Positions 15,289-22,403 of a DNA stretch of 24,706 bases are shown here, piece after piece; position 1 is the stretch's first letter, and each line of letters starts with the position of its first letter. The position numbers and the translations under genes were made by a program. This DNA comes from a virus (lineage: Duplodnaviria; Caudoviricetes). The notes beneath the pieces were generated by a model. That model did no database searches. It was not told the origin of the DNA and saw nothing but the letters and a program-made list of their open reading frames with translations. The DNA is taken from positions 1 through 24,706 of IMG/VR virus record IMGVR_UViG_3300032329_000200, one strand, 5' to 3'.

Positions 15289-16511
15289 GTGATGTTGTTG
15301 TTTCTGTCGTTGAGACTTCAACTAAAGTTTCGGTTGATAATTCGTCTGTTTTGGTTGCTGTTACTGAAACTCCGGTAACTGTTGCGGTTGCAACTTCTGG
15401 GCCACAGGGCATAAAGGGTGACACTGGGGCTACCGGTTCGACTGGTGCAACAGGTTCAACTGGTGCAACTGGTGTTGGCATTACGTCTATTGTGCGAACT
15501 TCTGGCACAGGGGCGGCTGGAACGACTGACACTTTTACTATCACTTACAGCAACGCGACTACTTCGACCTTTCAGGTTTACAACGGTGCTAACGGTTCGG
15601 CTGGTGCAACAGGCGCGACAGGTTCGACAGGGCCACAGGGCGCAACGGGAGCCACAGGTGCGACAGGTTCAACAGGTGCGGCAGGTCGAGGCGTAAGCTC
15701 GATTACTCGAACTTCGGGAACTGGTGCGGCAGGATCAACAGACACTTACACGATTACTTATTCTGATGCGACCACTTCGACTTTTACTGTGGTCAATGGT
15801 GCTAACGGTGCTACCGGTGCAACAGGTTCGCAAGGTGCTACCGGTGCAACAGGTTCGACTGGTGCGACTGGTGCGCAAGGCTCTAGCGGTGTAATCGCGG
15901 TTACTGCACCAATCACCAACTCAGGCACGTCAACTTCAGCAACGATTGGCATAAATCAGTCAGCTATTGCTATTGCTCAAAGCCAGGTAACAAATCTGGT
16001 TTCGGCTTTAGCAGCTAAGGCTGGACTCACTACTAACACTTTTAGCGGTTTACAAACAGCAAACGGTTCAACAGCACTAAACGCTGCGTATGGGTCAACT
16101 TCATTAACAGTAAATACTCAAAATGATGGTGATGCACCTACCGACATTGTTCAGGTTTACAACTCTGCTGCCAGCAAAGTTTTATCTGTGGATTTTCAGG
16201 GAGCTTTGCAGGCGGCAAACATTCGCACAAGTAACGTTTATGGTATTGGTTCTTCGATAACTGTAAACACTTTGAATGTGTCAAACTCTCATATTGGTTT
16301 AGCTGAATCAGGCACAGGTGGCGCGAATCCCAACATTTCGCTTCTGACAGGTTTCGGCAGTTTTGGTGCAGGTCAAAAGGTTGTATTTATTGCTAACGCC
16401 GCAACAGTGCCAACAACAAATCCGACAGGTGGCGGCATCCTGTATGTTCAGGCTGGTGCGTTGAAATTTCGTGGATCGTCTGGCACAGTCACAACCATTG
16501 CAAACGCCTAA
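15285..16511 (+). CDS. Collagen-like tail fibre protein
   Basis: Three Gly-X-Y tracts (GAT/GST/GPQ) separated by two copies of a ~42-aa beta module. C-terminal 'PTTNPTGGGILYVQAGALKFRGSSGTVT'. Confidence 0.85.
   Translation: MSDVVVSVVETSTKVSVDNSSVLVAVTETPVTVAVATSGPQGIKGDTGATGSTGATGSTGATGVGITSIVRTSGTGAAGTTDTFTITYSNATTSTFQVYNGANGSAGATGATGSTGPQGATGATGATGSTGAAGRGVSSITRTSGTGAAGSTDTYTITYSDATTSTFTVVNGANGATGATGSQGATGATGSTGATGAQGSSGVIAVTAPITNSGTSTSATIGINQSAIAIAQSQVTNLVSALAAKAGLTTNTFSGLQTANGSTALNAAYGSTSLTVNTQNDGDAPTDIVQVYNSAASKVLSVDFQGALQAANIRTSNVYGIGSSITVNTLNVSNSHIGLAESGTGGANPNISLLTGFGSFGAGQKVVFIANAATVPTTNPTGGGILYVQAGALKFRGSSGTVTTIANA
15396..15888 (+). repeat. Coding 9-bp-period collagen repeats and a duplicated ~125-bp module
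   Basis: Repeated ggtgcaaca/ggttcgact units. Module copies at about 15471-15594 and 15684-15807. Confidence 0.85.
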
Positions 16512-16537
16512 AAACACGATGGCTGTAAAATTGTTTT

Positions 16538-17014
16538 ATGGCTGCTAAAGATGTAATCGCTCACGCTCGCAAACACCTCGGATACGTTGAAGGTGTCAAC
16601 AAAGACAACTTCTTTGGTAAATGGTATGGGGCAAACCATTCACCCTGGTGTGCGTGTTTTGTGTCTTGGGCGTTGAACGCTGCTGGTGACGGTAAACTAA
16701 TTGCTGGCGCACAAACCAAAAAAGGTTTCAACTCGTGCGGTGCAGGAATCAAATTCTTCAAAGCCAAAAACGCTTGGCACCCTATCGCCGAAGCGCAACC
16801 AGGTGACCTAGCCTTCTTTGACTGGGATCACGACGGTTCACAAGATCACGTGGGCATTGTTATCGAAGTCAACTTGAAAAAGAAACAAGTCAAGTGCATT
16901 GAAGGCAACACGAGCAATACTTCTCACGCTAACGGTGGCGTGGTGCAGGAACAGTGGCGCAACTTTAGCGTCATTATGGGTGTGGGCCGACCAGCTTACA
17001 AAATTGGAGAATGA
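16538..17014 (+). CDS. Endolysin, single CHAP/NlpC-type cysteine amidase-peptidase domain
   Basis: 'PWCACFVSW' (catalytic Cys), 'PGDLAFFDW', 'DHVGIV' (His), 'IEGNTS'. Confidence 0.9.
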   Translation: MAAKDVIAHARKHLGYVEGVNKDNFFGKWYGANHSPWCACFVSWALNAAGDGKLIAGAQTKKGFNSCGAGIKFFKAKNAWHPIAEAQPGDLAFFDWDHDGSQDHVGIVIEVNLKKKQVKCIEGNTSNTSHANGGVVQEQWRNFSVIMGVGRPAYKIGE

Positions 17015-17292
17015 TGCGTGAACGAGTTATTGAAATCTTGGCAGTATTGGGTGCGCTTGCTTGGCGCGGTTTTGGTTTGTTCCTGTTTATTCTTGGCGGT
17101 TCTGCTGGTGTGGGTGCTGTTGTTTCAGGCTCTTGGATTACTGGTGTGGTAATTGCGTGGGGAACTTTGATGATTGGTGTTATTGGTGCTATTGGTTACG
17201 CTATTGCGACTACCGGACAAGCTGACACGGTTGTTGTTGAAAACGCTGTGAAGGATGCTGTTCAAAAGGCTCAGGCCGAAAAGCAGAAGTAA
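17011..17292 (+). CDS. Putative holin (multi-TM membrane protein)
   Basis: Overlaps the endolysin stop (ATGA). 2-3 hydrophobic segments and a charged C-terminus. Confidence 0.65.
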   Translation: MMRERVIEILAVLGALAWRGFGLFLFILGGSAGVGAVVSGSWITGVVIAWGTLMIGVIGAIGYAIATTGQADTVVVENAVKDAVQKAQAEKQK

Positions 17293-17300
17293 CTCCAAAC

Positions 17301-17342
17301 AAAGAGAAACCCCCAGCCGCAATATGCTGGGGGCTTTCTTTT
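17301..17342. terminator. Bidirectional intrinsic terminator between convergent operons
   Basis: AAAGAGAAA-CCCCCAGC-loop-GCTGGGGG-CTTTCTTTT: GC stem flanked by A-rich and T-rich tracts, between the lysis genes (+) and whiB (-). Confidence 0.85.
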
Positions 17343-17361
17343 AGCCAGGGGGGAGGTTTGG

Positions 17362-17640
17362 CTAAATTGATGTTAGCAGTTTTTCGCGGTCGGCGGTGGA
17401 CATTGCACCCCACACACCTGTTGGTTCTTTTGCTGCTAAAGCGTATTCGCCACACAAACCCATTATTGGGCACTCGTTGCACATTAGTTTCGCGTAGGCG
17501 ATTTGGGTTCGGTTTTGGATGTGGTCTCGACCGTTGTTGTCATCTTCCCAACTGGCAGGGTCTGATTTGCAGGGGATGTCGTTGTGAACTGATTGGATTG
17601 CTTTGATCAGCTCGGTGTAGAGGTGGTTTGCTTTAGACAC
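17362..17640 (-). CDS. whiB: WhiB-family (Wbl) Fe-S transcription factor
   Basis: Four Cys in the pattern C-xn-C-x2-C-x5-C ('PCKSDP...AKLMCNECPIMGLC') followed by 'GVWGAMSTADR'. Confidence 0.9.
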   Translation of the reverse strand: MSKANHLYTELIKAIQSVHNDIPCKSDPASWEDDNNGRDHIQNRTQIAYAKLMCNECPIMGLCGEYALAAKEPTGVWGAMSTADREKLLTSI

Positions 17641-17809
17641 AGTAACTGCACCTCGTCAACATTGTGTTGAAACCGTTTGACCAGGCAAGCTCGCTGGCTT
17701 TGTCGGCCGTGTTGACCAAATACTTGTGCGGTAGCAGGTAGTCGCTGAGTTTGCCGTTGCAAGTCTCACAAATAACGTCAAACGTTCCGTCGGGGTTTTT
17801 CTTGACCAT
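17633..17809 (-). CDS. Small putative zinc-binding protein (58 aa)
   Basis: Not in the ORF track; read manually. MVKKNPDGTFDVICETCNGKLSDYLLPHKYLVNTADKASELAWSNGFNTMLTRCSYCV*. Two CxxC pairs, RBS GAGAGGA, 8-bp overlap with the whiB start. Confidence 0.75.
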   Translation of the reverse strand: MVKKNPDGTFDVICETCNGKLSDYLLPHKYLVNTADKASELAWSNGFNTMLTRCSYCV

Positions 17810-17907
17810 AAAATGTCCTCTCTTGGTGTTTGAATACTAATACACGTTAAAGGAAAAACGCACCGGATTTACTCAACGGCGCGTTTCCCTGACACCAGAG
17901 AGGAATA
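17810..17907. promoter_or_regulatory. Divergent promoter/control region
   Basis: 98-bp gap between divergent genes. Contains an outer imperfect inverted repeat (17816-17829 / 17892-17904) and an inner one (17856-17865 / 17877-17886). Confidence 0.7.
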
Positions 17908-18843
17908 ATGATGTCTTATTCAAGTGTAAACCTGCCGACAGAGTTGGGTTCGGCGAAGTTTGATGGCCTGTTTGTGAACGGATCACCAGAGTGGCACGCA
18001 GCTCGCGCGACCGGTATTGGTGGTTCTGAGGTTGGCACGATTTGTGGCCTGAATCGTTGGGAGTCTGCGTTTACTTTGTGGGCTAAGAAGTCGGGCAAAA
18101 TTTCGTCGATTATTCCGCAGTCGGAACCGATGGAGTGGGGGTCACGTCTTGAGGCTGTCATTTTGGACAAGTTTGAGGAGTCGCACCCCGAGTTGGAGGT
18201 TTGGAAGGATTGCGGAACCTGGCACAACACCGTTGATGAGTGGGCGCACGCAAACCCTGACGGCATTTACAAGCGCGAGGATGGCTCATACGGCATTATC
18301 GAAATCAAAACGGCTGCCTACCCTGACGATTGGGAAATGGGCTTATACGGCGTTCTGGGGCGTTCTGAGGGTGTTCCACGCTACTACCGGACACAAGTGC
18401 AACACTATTTGCGTGTTTTCGGGTTCAAAGAAGCCATTGTTTGTGCGTTGTTTACTGGCAACAAGTATCGCGAATACTTGATTGAGGCTGACGAGTTTCA
18501 GCAGGACATTGACCGTGATCAGGTTATTCGGTTTATGGAACACGTTGAGGCGTGTGTTGCACCTGCCTGGGATGGTTCGGCAAACACTTACGAAACTGTT
18601 AGGGCCTTGAACCCTGACATTAGCGACGAGGCTGTTGAGTTGGGTGATTTGGGTGTCGAGTTTTTGAACGCTCAACAAACTGCGGCTCAGGCTGAGGCTG
18701 GTTTGTTTGCTTTGAAGTCGCAAGTGTTGGACAAGATGGGGGATGCTAAGAAGGGTTTGCTTGACGGTGACGTGATTGTTACTCGCCAGGCTGGTCGGAA
18801 CGGTGCAGCACCGTTTCTTGTCGCTAAGAAGGGAAACAAATAA
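17908..18843 (+). CDS. YqaJ-like viral recombination exonuclease (lambda exo/RecE-type)
   Basis: 'W...R..GIGGSE', 'MEWG..LE', 'ANPDG', 'IEIKT', 'Y..QVQHY'. The true start may be the second ATG (17911). Confidence 0.92.
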   Translation: MMSYSSVNLPTELGSAKFDGLFVNGSPEWHAARATGIGGSEVGTICGLNRWESAFTLWAKKSGKISSIIPQSEPMEWGSRLEAVILDKFEESHPELEVWKDCGTWHNTVDEWAHANPDGIYKREDGSYGIIEIKTAAYPDDWEMGLYGVLGRSEGVPRYYRTQVQHYLRVFGFKEAIVCALFTGNKYREYLIEADEFQQDIDRDQVIRFMEHVEACVAPAWDGSANTYETVRALNPDISDEAVELGDLGVEFLNAQQTAAQAEAGLFALKSQVLDKMGDAKKGLLDGDVIVTRQAGRNGAAPFLVAKKGNK

Positions 18844-19373
18844 TGGCTAATTTTGATTTGAACAGTTACGAGACTGTTGAGCAACGTCACGCGCGAGCGA
18901 TTGAGGCGTTCCCTGACTTGCGTTGTGTGTTGCTGAACCATTCGACACCGGAGGATCGTGAGAAGGGTGTGTGGGTTGTTGAGGCGCGAGTGTATTTGTC
19001 GGCTGATGACCAGGCGAATGATTTGCCGAAGGCTACTGAGTGGGCGTTTGAGATTGATGGTCAAGGTATGGCTAACAAGACTTCGGCTTTGGAGAACGCG
19101 AACACCTCGGCTTTGGGTCGTGCGCTTCGTTGGGCTTTGGGTGGGTCTCGTGGCCCGAGCCGTGAGGAAATGCAAAAGGTTGCTCGAAGCCTGGACAACC
19201 GTGACTGGATCACTGAGGCTGCCAAACTGGTCGATGTAGATAAACTAAGAATGTTATGGCAAGAGGCTCGCCAGGCTGGTGCGGCTGACAATGTTTTGAC
19301 GGTTATCAAGGAACGAGCTGATGGATTCAAAGACACGGGCGATTCTGTGGGCGGCAATAAAGCAACAAAATGA
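18843..19373 (+). CDS. Single-strand annealing protein, Rad52/Sak-like (putative)
   Basis: Coupled to the exonuclease gene. 'Y.TV..R' N-terminus and 'SALENANTSALGRAL' resemble the conserved helix of Rad52-superfamily phage annealases. Confidence 0.65.
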   Translation: MANFDLNSYETVEQRHARAIEAFPDLRCVLLNHSTPEDREKGVWVVEARVYLSADDQANDLPKATEWAFEIDGQGMANKTSALENANTSALGRALRWALGGSRGPSREEMQKVARSLDNRDWITEAAKLVDVDKLRMLWQEARQAGAADNVLTVIKERADGFKDTGDSVGGNKATK

Positions 19374-19497
19374 GTTGCGTGAGTTGGCGTTGGCTGTCGG
19401 CCAGTTTGAGATTGCTGAGTTGGCTAAGGTTGAGGTTTTTCGTTTGTCTGAGAGGCTAAAAAATGGAGTTTCAAACACCCGACACGATAATCAATGA
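19321..19497 (+). CDS. Possible small helical protein (58 aa)
   Basis: Not in the ORF track. MDSKTRAILWAAIKQQNELRELALAVGQFEIAELAKVEVFRLSERLKNGVSNTRHDNQ* fills the 19374-19462 gap but overlaps both neighbours. Confidence 0.5.
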   Translation: MDSKTRAILWAAIKQQNELRELALAVGQFEIAELAKVEVFRLSERLKNGVSNTRHDNQ

Positions 19498-19813
19498 ACT
19501 GGCTTTGGTGCGCGCTGAGGCCGCTAAGGGCGTTGACGTATTATTTGAGTGTGAGAGTGAGGTGGCTCGTTTGGATTTTGAGTATTCCAGAACTCAGGCA
19601 CAAGCCGTCTTGGATGCGCAAGGAACAGCGTTGGATCGTCAGGCTTTGGCGACGTTGGCTGCCGCGGAAGTAAAGTTGCAGTTGGATTTGGCTAAAGCAA
19701 AACTGAACCGAGTGAAGGCTAAACTACGCCATTTGCAGGATGTTCAAACGAACGTGCAGTCTCAGGCTCGAATGGTTGAGTTGACGTATAAGACTTCGGG
19801 GGTTGGGCGTTGA
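19463..19813 (+). CDS. Hypothetical coiled-coil protein (116 aa)
   Basis: RBS GAGAGG, all-helical heptad pattern, recombination-module position. Confidence 0.75.
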   Translation: MEFQTPDTIINELALVRAEAAKGVDVLFECESEVARLDFEYSRTQAQAVLDAQGTALDRQALATLAAAEVKLQLDLAKAKLNRVKAKLRHLQDVQTNVQSQARMVELTYKTSGVGR

Positions 19814-20616
19814 AGCACGTTGTGATGTTTAGCGGCGGTATTGGTTCCTGGATGACAGCCAAAAGAGTTGTTGAACAGTTTGGGCCTGACGATGTGATTT
19901 TGCTTTTTAGCGATGTTAAGGGTGATTCTGAAAACCCTCATATCGGCGAAGATGAGGACACTTACCGTTTCATCGACGAAGCCAGCAAAATGCTTGGGGC
20001 GCAACTGGTTACCCTGGTCGATGGTCGCAACATTTGGGAAGTGTTCAAGGATCGCAAGTTTTTGGGCAATTCTCGTCTTGCGCCTTGTTCGGCTGAATTG
20101 AAACAGAAGCCAGCAAAAAAGTGGATTTGGGAAAACTGTGACCCAAATGAAACGATGATTTATGTGGGCATTGATTGGACTGAAACGCACCGGTTGGCTG
20201 CGGTTTCGCGAGGTTATGAGCCTTATCACGTTGCTGCGCCTTTGACTGCTGAACCTTTTTACACCAAAGAACAAATGATTGCTGAAGCTGAGAATATTGG
20301 CCTTCGTGCGCCACGGCTTTATTCAATGGGTTTCAAACACAATAACTGTGGTGGGGGTTGTGTTCGTGCCGGTCATAGTCAATTCAAAAACTTGCTGGAC
20401 AGGATGCCAGAACGGTTTGCTGAATGGGAAAAACAAGAAGAAAAAATGCAAGATTTTTTGGGTGTTGAGGTAACAATTTTGAGTCGCACTATTGACGGTA
20501 AGAAAACGCCTTTTAGTTTGACAAACCTTCGTCACGCCGCAGAAGAACAACCTTATTTGATTGATATGAACGATGAGGGTGTTTCTTGTAACTGCACCAG
20601 TAGTTGGTTATCGTGA
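19810..20616 (+). CDS. PAPS-reductase-like PP-loop (adenine nucleotide alpha-hydrolase) protein
   Basis: PP-loop 'VVMFSGGIGS', 'PCSAELK', 'YVGIDWTE..R', Cys cluster 'HNNCGGGCVRAG' and C-terminal 'CNC'. Confidence 0.8.
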   Translation: MKHVVMFSGGIGSWMTAKRVVEQFGPDDVILLFSDVKGDSENPHIGEDEDTYRFIDEASKMLGAQLVTLVDGRNIWEVFKDRKFLGNSRLAPCSAELKQKPAKKWIWENCDPNETMIYVGIDWTETHRLAAVSRGYEPYHVAAPLTAEPFYTKEQMIAEAENIGLRAPRLYSMGFKHNNCGGGCVRAGHSQFKNLLDRMPERFAEWEKQEEKMQDFLGVEVTILSRTIDGKKTPFSLTNLRHAAEEQPYLIDMNDEGVSCNCTSSWLS

Positions 20617-20942
20617 AGCCGGCTGATCGCAAAAAACTTGTGGCTCGTGACGAGGAAGTTTGTTGGCATTGTGGCACGACCGAAAACATTACCGTCCAGC
20701 ACCGAGTCAATCGCGGTATGGGTGGCTCTAACAGGCGCGATAACCCTGCGAACCTGATTCTGTTGTGTTGGTTTGTGAACTTTGAAATGGAAGCTTCGTC
20801 TCGAGCTGCTGAGTCGGCTCGCCTGGCTGGTTGGAAGTGTGACCGTGGCGCGGTTCCCGAAACAACACCGGTTTATCATTACCCGACTAATCGCTGGTAT
20901 TTGCTTGATAACAAGTGGGGGCGTATCCTCGTAGAGAAATAA
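20613..20942 (+). CDS. HNH endonuclease-like protein
   Basis: 'RD...CWHCG', 'QHRVNRGMGG', 'NLILLC...N'. GTG start overlaps the previous stop (GTGA). Confidence 0.8.
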   Translation: MKPADRKKLVARDEEVCWHCGTTENITVQHRVNRGMGGSNRRDNPANLILLCWFVNFEMEASSRAAESARLAGWKCDRGAVPETTPVYHYPTNRWYLLDNKWGRILVEK

Positions 20943-20962
20943 GTTTTTTGAGAGGAACTTTT

Positions 20963-21361
20963 ATGCTTTACGATTGCGACCGTTGTGGTCGAACTTGCTT
21001 GTCTGAGGATGGTTACCGGAAGTCTTTAGATCGTGGCAAAACGCCGTTGTGTCGAGACTGCCAGGCAAGGCAACTGTTTCGTGTGCAATACGCGGAAGAT
21101 TACTGTGTGCCACACCAGGGGTTTTTTGATGCCGACGATTACCCGATTGATGAATGGGGCCAACGGCTTTACTTGGATGAAGCGACCTGTAAGCACCGTG
21201 ACTGTGTTCGAGTCGTTCACCACACCGAACCGGCTGCTGTTTCGTTTGTGATGCCGGTTTACAAAACGCCGAAGAAACGAAATGCGACGGTTTCAGATTT
21301 TGGGCTTATTATGGCGTTAGCGGAAGCTCAGGAATACAACTCCCGAGTCAAGCGGGTATAG
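20963..21361 (+). CDS. Cys/His-rich putative zinc-binding protein (paralog of 24300-24572)
   Basis: ATG at 20963 after GAGAGGA. CxxC...CxxC...C...CxHxxC..H. Confidence 0.75.
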   Translation: MLYDCDRCGRTCLSEDGYRKSLDRGKTPLCRDCQARQLFRVQYAEDYCVPHQGFFDADDYPIDEWGQRLYLDEATCKHRDCVRVVHHTEPAAVSFVMPVYKTPKKRNATVSDFGLIMALAEAQEYNSRVKRV

Positions 21362-21465
21362 GATAAAAGAAGCGGCCAGGCCACACAAAATGACCTGACC
21401 GCAAAACCAACAAACCGACTGTTGGCAGTATAAGTTTACTGCCTTCACCAACGAAAGGCAGTAAA

Positions 21466-21711
21466 TTGAGTATTGTAAAACCGCAAAAAAATGAGACAGC
21501 CCAAATCCCTTTTGCGTGGATTATGGATGAACGACTCTCCCTCGTCGAGCTGGGGATTCTTGTCAAAGCGACTGCGTTCAACAACATAACGGCTTTGTCG
21601 GCAGATTTTTACGCCACGAATGGCACAAAGTTTAGTGATCCGCAAGCCGTCCTTGAGTCTGCGCTGATACAGCTTGAGCGTTACGGCTACTTGGAACCTG
21701 GCACGTTCTAA
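21466..21711 (+). CDS. Small winged-helix-like protein resembling the N-terminus of the adjacent replication initiator
   Basis: 'QIPFAWIMDERLSLVELGILV ... LIQLERYGYL' aligns by eye with 'QAPTGWLRDPNISFKAKGLLV ... IRELVKAGYL'. Coupled to the next gene by TAATG. Confidence 0.65.
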   Translation: MSIVKPQKNETAQIPFAWIMDERLSLVELGILVKATAFNNITALSADFYATNGTKFSDPQAVLESALIQLERYGYLEPGTF

Positions 21712-22403
21712 TGCAACCAGGTATCTATCGTTCCGAACTATCCTTCGAGCAAGGTTATGTTCAAGCACCGACCGGCTGGTTGCGTGATCCAAACATTTCG
21801 TTCAAAGCCAAAGGGCTACTCGTTTACCTTTTGAGCCATAAGGTCGGCTACACGATTACTCGGGCGCAAATTGTGCGTGAGTCAACTGATGGGCGCGATG
21901 CCGTCGATGCTGCCATTCGTGAGCTTGTGAAGGCTGGTTATTTGCAAACCTCACAAACACGGCAGGATGATGGCCGCAACGGTGCGTTGGCGTTCACGAT
22001 TTGCGAGCCAGAGTCGGAAAATCCGTCTTTGGTAAATCCAGAGTCGGAAAAACCGTTTACGGAAAAACCGTTTACGGATAATCCGACCGCTAAAGAAGAT
22101 ATTAAATTAGAGAATATTAAGTTAAGTATTAAGCAAAATTCAAAAGGCTTCAAAAATGATTGGTCTTTACCTGCCGATCAGCGAACAAAACTTGAAGCTC
22201 AATACCCTAACGCGAACCTTGATGCTGAACTTGCTTTGATGATTGATTATTTGATTGCGAATGGCAAGGAAAAGTCTGTGAAGGATATGGCTGCCAGGTT
22301 CCGCACCTGGATGGCTAATGCCGACAAATTCAACAAGGGTGCTTATTCGACTCGTGTGATGGATGAATGGTTTGTCAAGCCTGAGAATCGGGTGCAGTTT
22401 TGA
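21711..22403 (+). CDS. Phage replication initiator (N-terminal wHTH, C-terminal helical domain)
   Basis: 'D..IS.KAKGLL.YLLS', 'ELVKAGYL', internal iteron repeats and an AT-rich tract, C-terminal 'KD.AARFRTW..NA'. Upstream of dnaB. Confidence 0.8.
   Translation: MQPGIYRSELSFEQGYVQAPTGWLRDPNISFKAKGLLVYLLSHKVGYTITRAQIVRESTDGRDAVDAAIRELVKAGYLQTSQTRQDDGRNGALAFTICEPESENPSLVNPESEKPFTEKPFTDNPTAKEDIKLENIKLSIKQNSKGFKNDWSLPADQRTKLEAQYPNANLDAELALMIDYLIANGKEKSVKDMAARFRTWMANADKFNKGAYSTRVMDEWFVKPENRVQF
22008..22146. repeat. Putative replication origin: five 15-bp iterons plus AT-rich unwinding region
   Basis: CCAGAGTCGGAAAAT / CCGTCTTTGGTAAAT / CCAGAGTCGGAAAAA / CCGTTTACGGAAAAA / CCGTTTACGGATAAT (22008-22082), then an AT-rich stretch with three TATTAA. 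Confidence 0.75.

Noticed and set aside
15396-15888. CRISPR array or DGR template/variable repeat pair
   Set aside because: The repeats are in-frame collagen codons and a duplicated protein module. There is no repeat-spacer structure, the differences are not adenine-specific, and no reverse transcriptase gene is in the window.
17293-17907. Lysogeny module (integrase, attP, CI repressor)
   Set aside because: No recombinase or Cro/CI-type HTH ORF was recognised. Lifestyle cannot be settled because the rest of the genome is outside the window.
19810-20616. Auxiliary metabolic cysH, or a complete Dnd phosphorothioation system
   Set aside because: It lacks the CysH C-terminal ECGLH motif, and no dndA/D/E-like or other sulfur-pathway genes are present.
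20613-20942. Mobile homing endonuclease or intron
   Set aside because: It is free-standing, translationally coupled to the upstream gene and interrupts nothing. No intron or intein features were seen.
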